A stretch of DNA of 63,989 nucleotides, counting the filler, from Neolecta irregularis DAH-3 (Eukaryota), in assembly GCA_001929475.1 (NCBI GenBank). It is 11 parts of 11 records of this genome, joined end to end, with 100 filler letters (N's around TTAATTAATTAA, not from the genome) between each part and the next. Parts side by side here need not be neighbours in the genome. Positions count along the whole stretch, not along the records: positions 7,349 to 22,341 come from LXFE01000720.1; positions 22,442 to 28,856 come from LXFE01000722.1; 9 more parts are not named here. The stretch is one strand, 5' to 3'. Both the position numbers and the translations under genes were made by a program. Shown here piece after piece: positions 11,501 through 24,381 of this stretch (position 1 is the first letter of the stretch; each line of letters starts with the position of its first letter). Under the pieces are notes generated by a model, which worked only from the letters and a program-made list of their open reading frames with translations, did not search any database and was not told the origin of the DNA.

Positions 11501-13268
11501 CCTCGTGCGTGGGATTGGAATAGTGCAAAATTTGGGGTATGGTTGTGCAAGTCCTCTCGTATTGCATGATCATTGTCCCGATATAGAGAGCCCCTAGAAA
11601 TCGATTGTAAACGAATTATTTCTTTGTGAAAAGATCGAAGGTTGTTGATTTGATTGGCATTACGTTTTCTAATAAGATTACCACGACAAGACGCTTGGAA
11701 TGGGAAAATAAGATGTGATATATTGGATAATTCCTTTTCCGAATTTCCCTGATTTTGTCGAGTTGCAAAAGCTCGACAACGGGCCTGGAAATTGGAAACA
11801 TGTTCTGCTTCATTTAATATCGTTATAGATTGGGTTTGATGAACTGCCCTTGCTAGTCGTCCTCTAATAATAGATTGCATTTCAACGACTTGCGGAACTA
11901 CTGTAGAAAATTGTTGGGACCGACTTTCGTTTTTGGATCGAGTAAGGAAGCATCTGGCAGCGGATTGAAGCTACATATTATTAAAAACGCCTTATTCTGG
12001 TATAGTGATACCTTGGTCGCCCATTCAACCTCCTTCTCGATCTCCGTACGTTGGATCATTTGTGCTTTCCTCGAAACATATCCACGAATACAACTTTGTA
12101 GAGGTATTACTGCTTTCGTTGCAGTCACGATCGCCTGTTCGCGTTCAGTTACGGCTCTTCTATTCAAGAAAGCTCGCGCCCGAGACTGGAGATCGGCTAT
12201 CGTAGATTCATTTTCATACAACACCCGCACAATCCCTTGAGTCAGGCCAGTTCACAAACGGGAGAGTTACGTTCTTCTTCAGGTTCGGGTTCGGGTTCAG
12301 GTTCGACATATTTAGGCTCCTCGACCACTGGTTCAGCAAAAGCACTGCTAAGACCACCAAAATCTGGCATTTTCACTCCGGAAGCATCGAGTCCACGTTG
12401 TGTATTGTTAATTTCATCCTCTGTAAACTCTAGCTTCCCAACCAGATTTCCAATATAGTCGCAAAAGCCTTGTCGTGCAAGAAGAAAACTATAGATTAGC
12501 GTAACGAATCTTCAACAATAAGACACCTGAGAGCATGAATGCAGTATATTACCTTTGGAATATTTTTCTTATTGTACAAATCTGTCGTTTCGAATCGAAA
12601 GATCTGCGCGTGAGAATATTTCAGGGTCAAATTGTGTTACCTCGGGCAGTCCTACCTGCGCTAAAAAATTGAAAAAAACATTAATATTGTCAATATGTTT
12701 GAACTGAAGCTTTGTCGATTCGAAAATCCTTGTTACGATTCCTGGGCAGAAGGTGCGGGCGAGACGGGCGAGAACAATGCCGTTCCGCAGGGATTCTTCG
12801 AGGTTGACGATTTCTGGTATTTCTTCGCAGATGCAGCTTTCGATCCATCTAAATTTCTCAGAATGAAAAAGGGAACAAGACTCACTCTTTCGCTTCTCCC
12901 ACATGACACAGATATTCGTAGGCCTGAAGGTTTTGCCGCTGGTTGTCCATCCAATTCCTGGAAATATACGACTGGCTCTCCTGCCTGGCCAGACGGATCC
13001 TTCCAGTCATACCAGCAACGTCTTCCGCGTCTGTTGTGACGCCTGGGATAAAAAGTCCCGCAATGGTATCCGAGTCGGATGCAAGTTTAGACAAAGTGCG
13101 CATATGGCCGACGCTGGAGAATTTCAGATCTTTCATGCTGGCGGGAGACGACGGTGAATGGTGGGAGCGATGTTCGTGGGAGATCTTATGGCGAGGCGAT
13201 GCATTCTGCTTTTCTGGCGATGCAAATGGAGATGGGAATTTTGTGCGCATAGGTGTTGAGGGTGGCAT
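8550..13268 (-). CDS. IQG1: IQGAP-family actomyosin ring protein (Rng2/Iqg1-like)
   Basis: LQAYEYLCHVGEAK and CH domain (LRNGIVLARL), many IQ motifs, RasGAP-related domain (PYGLRY), C-terminal LLHLIFRKFY-type end. Confidence 0.96.
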
Positions 13269-13487
13269 TTGTGGAAAGATTAAAGAAAGGAGAGGTTTGG
13301 GTGGTGTTTTTGGTTATGGGTAGTGATTTGGGAAAGTTTTCCGCTTGCCTGGTTGATAGCTGCAACAACAAAAACTGATATATATGTATCCACCTCCTTC
13401 TGCTTGTTTCCTTTTGTGTGCGAATTCCCATTCTGCGCTCTTCAAGATGCATATAAAACTGGTGAATATATCTTTGGAGGTTAGCAA

Positions 13488-13511
13488 ACGCGTGACGCGT
13501 GAGACACGCGA
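13488..13511. promoter_or_regulatory. Cluster of three ACGCG(T) MCB-like motifs upstream of IQGAP
   Basis: ACGCGTGACGCGTGAGACACGCGA. Confidence 0.45.
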
Positions 13512-13981
13512 GCCTTAACGCTACGGCACGTTCGCCGCTGCATCCGCAATTTCCCATTCCGTCGCGTTCTTTGTTCACTTCCTTGGATCTTTTTCAACCA
13601 CCAAAACCACCGCAAACTTCTGTGTTCTTGCACACTACACGCACTCGCTTAGAATCTTTTTAGCGGGGTTTTGTTAATAAGCTTCCGATGTAAACTTGAC
13701 CGGCACATCACGGGTTTGTTTCTTTGTATTTGTGTTGCCCTCCTGCCAATTAGTGTTCGCAAATGACTTAATATAAAAGTTCCACGCCTCAAATTGAGCA
13801 TGCTTTGTCTTGGTTGAGCCGCCATAAAGGTCTCTTCAAATCTCGTTAATCTGAATATTGAAAATACTTTTTATCTCTTTCGAGATCAATTATTCTACTT
13901 CGCACTCTTCGCTTTTCATTCTGCATATCTTTACCCAAAATCTCCTTTGCAGGCCATTGGAAAATCACACTCCTCAGTATT

Positions 13982-15086
13982 ATGCATCCAGCAGTTTTGA
14001 TATCGTTAGTGCTTAACATCTTTTGTCAGGTCTGTGCGCACTCATGGGTCCGTCTTGATTTCAATGGTGATCTCAGTCTTAGATCGACAAGCTCGAGACT
14101 CAACGAGGTAACGTTGGTTATATACGTGCATACATAGGACGCAGCTCCACCACTAATATCGATGAAGCCGAAACTTACGCGCTTCCTGTAGAGGCAAAAT
14201 ATTCAGCAGTAATATTCATTGATCGATTTAGGACGCATCCTCATATTCACGTTCTTCGTGTATGGCAAGTCAACAATCAGCGACATATTCTTCAGAATAC
14301 CCCATGTTGTCGGCGTATCCTGGCGATACGATCACTGTAACCTCTTTTCATAATTTCGCCAGCTGATCGAGAACAACAGGCAACATACAAGGAAAATGGA
14401 CATGTGTGTATTGAACCAACAAGACAGACTGCCCCGAACGCAACTTATGCAGGTATTCTCTCCATCTTTTAGTGTGAATTAATATTCAGGAAATTACCAG
14501 TGGATCTGGACTGGCAATTCGAAACAGAGTCTCAACACGCTAGGCCAGCTCTTGAGTACCTCCGGCAGGACCCTGGGCAGTCATTCTTTCGATGATGGTA
14601 TCATCTTGATTTTTGGTATCTGACTTTGAGGAAAATGCTGCGAGAATGCTGATAACAGTATTGGTCGGACCAGGCAAGATTGTACGCATCATAAAGCAGC
14701 ACATTCATTGATATCTAGGTAATGGTTCTTTTACCCTTCCCGCTGGCACACCACCAGGAGAGTATCCAATATACTGGATCTGGAAGTTTGTGAAATTTGG
14801 GGGCGCCACAGAGACGTATTATACTTCTTGTTTTGATGTCCAGGTCCTGGAGGAAACCCCAAGCAAAGTGGAGAGCATTGTCACTCCTACTCATTACGTC
14901 ACACCTCAACCAGCTGCGGCTTCAGTATCAGCAACCTACCCAGGCATAATTCTTACAATAGAAACTGTTGCCACCGGTCCCGGAAAAATACCAGAGAATC
15001 TCGTCGTGAAAAACAATCTACATTACCAGGACGCCACATCATCATGTTCTTGGGTTTGCCAACCCATTGGTAAACGTGATCTATAA
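13982..15086 (+). CDS. Secreted protein with His at mature position 1, LPMO-like (multi-exon)
   Basis: Signal peptide MHPAVLISLVLNIFCQVCA then HSW; later GYIR, ENGHV, FDDG.C, YWIWKF, YYTSCFDV and a S/T/P-rich tail. Confidence 0.75.
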
Positions 15087-15175
15087 AATTAGGCAGGCAG
15101 GTCATCAAGGAATGGTTTATGTATAAACACAAACACTCAGATATCTATATATGATCTATGCTTTATCTTTTTCTC

Positions 15176-17107
15176 TTATTCGTATTTAACGCCATGCATT
15201 TCCAGTGCTTCTTGCGCAACTTGCATAGCCTTCAATACCCATTCCTCCTGCAACTTTAGTCCCACAACTTGAACTCCAACAGGCAACCCGTGCATTCTTT
15301 CCGCATGATAATTTTGAAACGCCCCTTTTTCGATTGCATTGCGCGGTCGAAAGGTTAGGGGTAGTTTATCCTTGATTGCATCGACTCTAGTGACGGGGAA
15401 TACACCGGCGGAATAGTCGAGAAGGTTAAATAGCAAGCTATATCCGCATGATGCTATCGAGTTTTTGAGACTGTTGTGGGGAAGGGCCGGAGTTGCGTTT
15501 GGAACAGTTAATAAAATGTCCAGGTCAGCTTCATTCCAAGCTTCCAGAAACGCTTGCCGATATTTTTCCCTTAGAATTATAAATATTGCATGAAAGAACT
15601 AGTACCTCTTGACGACCAAACCATTTTGTTCCTCCATATTTTGTTCGCGAAAGTTTTGTATCAAGTCGGCGTATACGGAATCTCCAAAAAGTCTGATCCA
15701 AAAACTCCAGATCCGACGAATCCAGTTGGGCAGACGAAGAACCCTCATCAACTGCGAAACACCCGCGTCATTGTTCTCCCAGAATCTAAAAGGTCGCATA
15801 GCGACTTTACCACCGTCAGCCAAAAGTAATTGACTCGCTACTTCCAGGGCGTGCTTGCAAGATGGCGGGTAACTGTATATTTAGTTCTTTAGATAAGGAA
15901 AAATACAAAGGTACGATACTGTGGCCTTGAGCGGAAAGTGCGGATACAGTTTCTTCGAGCGCGCGGCTGCAGGCTGGTGACGCTATGACTACGCCTTTTT
16001 ATTTAGAGATAAAACGAAGACTAGGCGATACCATCGTCTCGTAACACGCCAATTTTGAGTTTTTGGGGCAACTGAACGTCTCTCCATGGAATCGGTTCAC
16101 AAGAAGCATCATAAGTCCACGGTTTCATATCGATAACGGCTTTCAAAAAGTATACTAGACTGTCCATGCTGCCTTGATCTCAGTACGGAGGTTTGCTTGT
16201 AGAGGAATATACGAGTCATGGGTGAATAACAGGCCTTTACGCCTTCTTGGCCGGGCATCTACTGGTTGGAGAATAGTAAATGAGATAAACTTACAGCACT
16301 GGCATTTCCCATTTTAGGGAATCGACCTGTTGAGCCTAATGTCAGTTGATGATGGATCAGAGAGGATACATTTGATAGTATAGATACCAGCAAAGTGGGC
16401 GGGTATGCGAACAGAACCAGCAACATCGGTTCCTGAGACTGTCAGTTGCAAGATTTGCTAGATTGTTGTACCAACGCCGATGATGCTTCCTCCAGAGGCG
16501 ATCAGAGCAGATTCGCCGCCTGAGGAACCGCCAGGAGAGTAATCTTTGTTATGAGGGTTGGTGGTGCGTCCCCATACATCGTTGTAGCTTTCAAACGATA
16601 ACAATGTAATGGGAACATTGGTCTTGACGAATGGGACGGCTCCTGTATGTCACGATGCAAGACGACATGGAGTGATTTACCTGCATCTTTGAGCAGTCTA
16701 ACCAGCGGCGAGTCTTTAAGAGCAGGCTTAAAAGTCCAGGCGGAATAACCGATGCAAGAATCATATCCAGCGATATTGATTGTATCTTTTAAACTGACCG
16801 GGACGCCAGCAAGACTTGTCTGGAGGTTTGTATTCTCCGCCCAGGTCTCTGCGTCCTTGACCATGATTTCTGTGAGACAATTTGTCTCTTTGTGGGCCTC
16901 GAGTGCCTTTTTTGTGTAGGCTACCAGAACGTCCTTGGGGAACCATTCGCCTTTTTTGATGAGATGGATCAACGCTTCTAGTGGAGAAGCGAGAATTTCG
17001 GCATCTCTGTCCGAGATGGAGGAATGATATATTGCAGGAAGATTGCTGACGCGATTAGCACGCTCTGCCTTTTTCAAAGCGCATTTTCCGTGATGGTGAA
17101 ACAACAT
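15176..17107 (-). CDS. Amidase-signature family enzyme (acetamidase/FAAH-like)
   Basis: LAGVPVSLKD, SPGGSSGGE, GTDVAGSVRIPAH, GLPVGVQVVG. Confidence 0.93.
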
Positions 17108-17204
17108 GACGGGATATGGCGGGGTAGCAAATTTACAAATATTTAAACTCTACCACCCTGATCCCGACTTGGAAAAAAAAAGGATTTATACCGCGAGGAA
17201 ATCT

Positions 17205-18880
17205 ATGCTTGCGCTTTGTCGCGTTTGCACCCGCACAACACTACCGCACCGATTTCCTGGAACTAGAATACGGCGTTTTGTTGATCTTGCCGACCATGCA
17301 CAGCCGCAAAAATGGCGGCGGCAGACATACCGGCGATTTTGCTGGACTTTAGCAGCAGCAGCAACTGCTGGAGTTGCAGTTTCAATAAAAAGAGCATCAG
17401 ATGTACCGGAGCCATTAACAGCGACTGAAAAAGAGTTTCAGGAATTACTGCAGCCGCAACTTGCCAGTATGCCGCTGCATAAACTGCTGATCCGCGTTTT
17501 TGTACTCACGGCATGTCAGTCATCGCTGCTTATTCTGCTGGCAAGCAATGTGATCCCCGTTTTGGATGCGCTTGGCCTGTCTTTTCTTTATATTCCACCT
17601 GTGCGGGTTACTTTCTACGAGCAGTTTTGCGGGTGAGTATATATGTTGCCTCCTGCTCATATACATAGCGGCTTCAACGAGTTTTCTCTCACTGACAAGC
17701 TAAACGGCCTTAAAGCAGCCCATATTTTGCCCTTTCTGTCGTACTCTAAGGAATATTCTTCCCGCCGGCTGTCCTCTGTCCAGTTTGCGGTCGAGGCCAA
17801 GGCCAACACCACTGCCATAGCCCTCGACATCGAACGGGTGGCGACAAAGTTTCCTGGTTGCTGCATTGCAGTCAAACCCACGGCAATCGTTTATCCAGAA
17901 GCCCTGCAGCATCTGGCGCAGGCCTTTCACNNNNNNNNNNTACCACTGCCATAGCCCTCGACATCGAACGGGTGGCGACAAAGTTTCCTGGTTGCTGTAT
18001 TGCAGTCAAACCCACGGCAATCGTTTATCCAGAAGCCCTGCAGCATCTGGCGCAGGCCTTTCACCGCACAGTCACAAATGGCCGGCCACACAACACCATG
18101 CAAGACATTCTGGCTCTGCTCACACCGGCAGACCGACTTGAAATATCGAGCGGGCTTGGTTTTGCGCTTCTTCTCGCCAGATACGCCCACAAGGCCAAGG
18201 CCAAGCTGGTGATAGACGCAGAGGAATACAAATACCAAGCGGGAGTCCATCTCTTTGCTGTGATGCTTTCCGAACACGTAACGGCCCAGCTTGCTACTAC
18301 CGAGCCTCTGGTCTACAATACCCACCAAATGTATCTTCGCGACTCTATGCCCGTCCTCGACATGCATATCCGAAACCAGTACAAGCTGGGCGTTAAACTC
18401 GTGCGTGGGGCATATCTGGACTCGGAGGACCCAGACGTCCTCTGCGAGTCGTATGAAAAGACCAATGAACAATACAACGCAGCCATCAAGCTGTGCAGCG
18501 ATAGAAATATACATACGATTGTTGCTACTCATAACCATGACAGCATTAAAATTGCCACGAGTCTTGAAAATCCGCGGATCTCGTATGCCCAGCTCCTGGG
18601 CATGGCCGATGACATTTCGCATTATCTCGCGCACCACGGACAGCAAGTATATAAATATATACCGTATGGGAGTGTCCAGGACGTCGTTCCGTATCTTGTT
18701 CGGCGTGCTCACGAGAACAAGGCAATGACAAAGAGAGCTAAAGCGTATTGCAATTTATTTATTTATTTTGTCTGATGGGTTAGTGAACGGAAGCGATACC
18801 TGGATGAGTTTATACGACGGGTGAAAGGGCAAGTCTGCCCTACTAGAATCGACTTCCCGGTAAGAGGAAACGGCGTTTAG
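17205..18880 (+). CDS. PUT1: Mitochondrial proline dehydrogenase
   Basis: Arg-rich presequence; IDAE, YNTHQMYLR, GVKLVRGAY, ATHN, AQLLGM, KYIPYG, PYLVRRA.EN. Confidence 0.93.
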
Positions 18881-19043
18881 GGGTACAAATAGTAATACTA
18901 ATCTTGAATCGTCTTGTGCTTGTTTGGAAAGTGTAGTAGTTGCAGGGTCTCGTTTATCACCAACGTCATCAATAATAAAGCCACATCCCTTCTCTGCATC
19001 TCATACCAACAACTCCATCCAACTCTTGTTTACTCCTGGGCTC

Positions 19044-20576
19044 ATGCGTCATTTCTTCGGTATACTACACTCTAGCCTCGTTTGATTGCCAGGTTCTGCA
19101 AGTTCGACAAGTCCAACAAAGGACAAGGTTGATGCTGGTCCAGATGTGGATGAACTGGAAGAAGACGGAAAGGTAGTATCCACGCAGGGTATCATTTTGA
19201 TGTATCCAGAATATCATCCTCGGGATCATTAGTCAGCTACGGCAAGTGTTTCATTTCGTCATGTCTGACACTGCTCAGTCCTGGAATGGATCTCACCCGA
19301 GTGACTCTACCGACATTTGTCCTTGAACCGAAAAGTATGCTAGAGAGAATCACAAAGTAGGTAAATCTAGTGCTTTTACTGATTCGAGTTTCATGTGCCA
19401 CCCCGATCTTCTCCTCCATATCCCCTCAATTGACGATCCAGTCGCGCGGTTTGTTGAAGTTATTAGATTCTACATGTCTGGCTGGTATCTCCGTCCCAAA
19501 GGCGCAAAGAAACCCCTTAATCCAGTCCTCGGCGAACACTTTTCATGTAAATGGATATTCCACGACGGATCAGCAGCGTTTTATTTATCTGAACAAGTCT
19601 CCCATCATCCTCCCATCTCTGCATATTTTTATATGGCTCCAAAGCAAGGAATCAGGATAGACGGATGTCTTGTTCCCAAATCGAGATTTCTTGGGAATTC
19701 TGCGGCTACGATAATGGAGGGAAAAGCGTACATGTCGTTTAACCAATACCCCGGCGAACTCTATGCTATTTCCCAACCAAACGTGTACGCCCGGTAGGTC
19801 GATATTTTGAATGTATTGAACAGTAGAGGGATTTTGTTTGGACGAATGAGGCTTGAGTTTGGGGATTCGGTTATGGTTGAATGTGAAAAGACCGATTTAA
19901 TCGCAAACATTGAATTCAAGACAAAGGGGTTCATCAGCGGTACCTATGACGCTATTTCTGGCAAGATTCAGCGGAAAAGCACGGGAGATGTGTTGTTTGA
20001 GTTATCTGGGAAATGGAGCGATCAGCTGTACATCAAGGACACGCAGGTTTGTATTTTCTTTACGAGTGCTGATTGGTAGAATGGAGGGGAGAGGGAGCTT
20101 TTGTTTGATACGACTACGGCTGTTGCTAGTCCGCCTATTGTTCGGCTTGAAGAGGAACAAGAAGAGCGCGAGTCTAGACGATTGTGGAAGGCGGTGACAT
20201 CTGCTATTATTGCCCGAGATCAAGTCACTGCAACCGACGCCAAAGGGGCAATTGAAGATCGTCAACGGGAAGAAAGCCGGACTCGCGAGGCTGAAGGAAT
20301 TGACTGGGAGCCACGGTTCTTTGTCCGTCAGGACAACAATGACTATACTTTGAGGCACAAGATGTATGACATGGATTGATTAATTGTTGACTGGTTAGAA
20401 TTTCGACTGATCCCAAGGCCGTCTCGAAAGAAATTGAAAATATCATTGGCATTTCCTCGCACAGTCAACTGCACAGGTTTCATCCTTGTAAAAACAAACA
20501 TGGAAAGACGAGCTCTTCAGATTTGAGCGTTTGCATGATGGATGATGGCGTTGGAAAGATGTCTCTACATTCTTGA
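19044..20576 (+). CDS. OSH6: Oxysterol-binding protein homolog, Osh6/Osh7 type
   Basis: QLRPGMDLTRVTLPTFVLEPKSMLERIT, KKPLNPVLGE, EQVSHHPP. Confidence 0.92.
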
Positions 20577-20596
20577 ACCGATTACAGGGAGATTTC

Positions 20597-20668
20597 ATTT
20601 CAAGACGATATCGAGTAGCATTGTTTTTGTCAAGTTCAAGACGATATCAAGTAGCATTGTTTTTGTAC
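20597..20668 (+). repeat. About 39-nt tandem duplication in the convergent 3' region
   Basis: TTCAAGACGATATCRAGTAGCATTGTTTTTGT occurs twice. Confidence 0.8.
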
Positions 20669-20739
20669 AACCCAAGGAGTCGGGGAATATAATTTATCAT
20701 TTATTATTGAAGCTCCTGTTCGACTCATCTCATGTCTGA

Positions 20740-22201
20740 TTATCTCCATATGCGATCACCGATACGATCACCGCCAAATGCCGTCTGCGGGGATAAAAAA
20801 TACATTGGCGTAAACATAACAGTAGAATCCTCCCATACCTAACAATCATAAACAATAAACCTTGGGGAAAGTATACGGTGGCAAGCATCGCACCGCGACT
20901 GAATTTCCCTGCAAATTTGATAGCAACGGGTGGGACATTGTCAGGGGAATCGGGGCCTCTTATGAGACCTAGGGGAATTGAAATGTCTGTTGTTGATGCC
21001 GACGATTGTGTGCGAATGAAGAATGATGCTAGGAGATTTGAGGTTGTAAATGATACTACTAGTCTTTCTGCTGTTGGGTCTAGTGCGATAGATGATATTG
21101 GACCGCCATAGGTCATTAGTCCGGAAGAGGTGAACGGGGTAGGAATAGAGGGTTGGTGAATATATGCTATGGGTTAGTATCGTTTTGGGTAGAGTACTTT
21201 GTGAGTACCTGGTGTTTCTCCTGGAATTGACGATGGATACAAGAATGCGATTCTGACGTCTGGTTGGTCTATTAGAGTGTAAAACAGTGTTTTTCCGTCT
21301 GCGTGCCATTGGACTTGATTTAGTTTTGGAGATTTAGAGGGTGGAGCGATTCGCAGGGGAGAGAGGGTGATTCGCAGGGGAGAAGAGAAGGCGAGACCTG
21401 TGCCAGAGTGAGTGATACGCAGGGAGAAGAGAAGGTGAGACCTGTGCCTGAGTGGATGTATGCGTATACGAATATGGCTGATTTTGTGGAAACAGCGATA
21501 AAGTTGCCCGAGGACCAGTGGACGGAGGAGGTTGGATGGGTACATAGTCGAAAAGAGTGTTGATAGAGGAGATCGTGGATCCAGAGTCCGGATTTTGAGG
21601 TTGCGATTGCGAGGAAACGGGCCGAATTGTCGAAATCAAGACTGTTTATGCGACCGACGAGATTTCCGAGGGACTGTTTGTTTAGGATGATTTGTAGGGG
21701 GTATTGGATGAGGTTTGATTTTAAATTGACGGTTGACAAAGTGACGATGCCTGACTCTAAGGCGGCGGCAATAGTATTTTTTGAGGAAAAGGCGATGGTG
21801 GTGATTGAGTCGAGGGTGAGGGCTGAGGGTAGATATGCAGATGTTCGGAGATCGTAGAGAAATAGCGAGGCAGAAGTTGACTGTGCGATTGCGATTACGG
21901 GTAGACGGGGATGCCATGCGATGGATAATGGTGGAGGGGGGATTCTGTAGTCTGTGAGAGAAAGAAACAAATCCGGGGGAGTGAATAGAATATCTGCGAG
22001 TGTTTGGTAGAGAGGGTGTGGCTGTGGTTGAGGTATGGTTGATTTATGGTCTTTGCGGGAAAGAGCGAGAACAGGGTAAACTGAGTATTGAGTGTCGACG
22101 GAAGATTCTAAATCAGAAGATTCAAGATGGAGTGTACTGTATTCATTTGCAATTTCAGCGAGGGTACGAGTGAGCGGGACTTTAAGGTGTGCAAAGGACA
22201 T
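20740..22201 (-). CDS. AAAS: Aladin-like WD40 nucleoporin; apparent frameshift at about 21420
   Basis: IAWHP, GGPISSIALDPTAERLVVSF, PLGLIRGP, FSRGAMLATVW...PMYF resemble the Aladin C-terminal blades. Confidence 0.65.
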
Positions 22202-22341
22202 GATACGATGGTATGATACGATGGTACGATACAATTTCGACAATTATACGACAATTATACGACAATTATACGACAATTATATGACAATTATATGACAATT
22301 ATGTACTTCAATTATGTACTTCAATTATGTACTTCAATTAT
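22200..22341 (+). repeat. Minisatellites (ACAATTATACG)n and (ACTTCAATTATGT)n at contig end
   Basis: Direct tandem copies visible. Confidence 0.9.
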
Positions 22342-23520
22342 NNNNNNNNNNNNNNNNNNNNNNNNNNNNNNNNNNNNNNNNNNNNTTAATTAATTAANNN
22401 NNNNNNNNNNNNNNNNNNNNNNNNNNNNNNNNNNNNNNNNNTGGTGGAGGACGGTCACAGATTTGGTGGTGAAGTTGGGCGATTCCACAGGTGGGACGAT
22501 TCCACAGTGGGACAGAACACTTGTTAATTGTACAAAATTTCCATGGATGAAAATAAATTTACAGTACAAAGGCACGACAGGGGTACTTCCAAAATAATTG
22601 TGTCCGTATGGCCTTACCAATACGGCAACGAGGCGTAGTATAATATTGCGGCCATTAGAAGTATTAGATATATATACCTAGCCAAATACACAATACGGAG
22701 GCTAGGTACGTTCCTTTGGAAGTACACAATACTTGGGCTGGCGAATAAACCTTGGTCTTATTTGTGTCCTACAGCTTACAGTTTCCCAGAGTCCTTGATA
22801 TCTTGATAAATTAGTAATGGGTAGACTCAAGAATACCCACCCCACAGCAACAAGAACCACCAACACGGCACCTTTATTCTTCCTGGTATGATCCAGCTCA
22901 AAGACACCGGTTGGCTCGTCCTCACTTGACGCCACGCAACATTGAAGAGTTCATTAATACCATATCATCAACTCGCTTTCTAGGCGAGAGTGTGTGGAGC
23001 CTATGTCTGGGTCATGTTCACTCTAGGCTGTCTGCAGAACTCCTTACCAAGCTTATCAAATCCTGTGGTCCCAACTTCATTTCAAGGCATCGGGTTCGCA
23101 GAACATCCATCATCTTGGCCCATTATGCAGATTCCAAAAACTTAAACTCCTCGATCTGTCGGGGGAATTGTGGAGAGAGCAGTGAACGGTGTTAGAACAA
23201 AAATAGTCTTGGAAGCAGTAGAGCGTAAAGAGATACTGTTTTGAATTCCTCCATAGTTAAGAATGTATTTCCTATTCCCCTTCCTCGCCCATTACCGCCC
23301 CGGCAATTACCGGCCCTCTCGCCCGTTACGCCCATCTTCTCATTACATGCATCCATCTCTTGCGTGCCTCTCAGAAAATGATTATATTGTCATTACCAAC
23401 TGATATTAAAAAGAACTGGATATGTTATCGCAGTATAATACCAAATGTGTTATAGTCTAAAGCAAGGATTCCATGCTTAAGAAAAAGCATAAAGCGACAA
23501 AAATTACCCGCATGTTCTAA

Positions 23521-23770
23521 CTAGCCTCTCACATCGCTCGCGCGTCTCACGAGTCCCTCCCGTCCTCCCGCCTCGCCTGTCCCGCCTCGCCTGTCCCGTC
23601 CCATCCGGATCTCCGCTTCCTTCCCTCCCGCCCGTCCTGCCTGTCCCATCCGTCGCGCCCGCCTGTCTCTCTCGCCTCTCCCATCTCTTCTGCCTGGCTC
23701 ACCCATCTTTCCCATCTCCCACACCCGTTGGGCCTATTTGGCCCACCCACCTTGCCTGCCTGCCTGTCAG
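23521..23770. repeat. Pyrimidine/C-rich low-complexity tract
   Basis: CCGCCTCGCCTGTC-type repeats. Confidence 0.7.
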
Positions 23771-24381
23771 TTCCTTCCTGCCAATATTTAAATAAATATA
23801 AAGAATTATATACATCATATAGTAATTTAAACTCACTTTTTAACATATTCCTGCTTTGCCCATCTCTGCCATGAATGCCACCACCCAAAATGGTTGTCAC
23901 ACGTTGGGCCCGGCCCGTCCATGAACCTATACTTATTTGTAACAGAGCTTCAACAGTTACAATATCTGTATATAATTTTCATTATCTTGATGTATATCTT
24001 AAGAAGCTGTATTTCGTTTCCTGTTTCTCATCGCTTGGAGTCACTACTGCGGCCTAAGATTGTGAGCGCTCTTCCTGCTATTACCTCGCTTGTTGCGGAA
24101 CATCCCATTGATAGCACCCAGTCTGTAAGGATATGCCCTCAGGAATAATGTGCTCACAACAATTAGGTGGGCAGAATGGTCATTATTCCAGTATTTTATG
24201 TTTGAATTCAACCAAAGAAAAAGAATATAGGCCTCAATATTGTAGAATTGCTTGAGCCACCATTGATTCGTCTAATGCTCATACCCACTAAAAAGAAGCA
24301 GACAAAACAAGAAACATAAACAAAGCTAGACATCGGAAAATTAAGAATTGGGACATTATCGGCGGGAAAGAAGGGAAATAG

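Noticed and set aside
22200..22341. Regular short repeats as a CRISPR-like array
   Set aside because: No unique spacers; ordinary eukaryotic minisatellite
22442..23200. Stop-riddled coding-like sequence, possible transposon relic
   Set aside because: No recognisable transposase, RT or integrase motif
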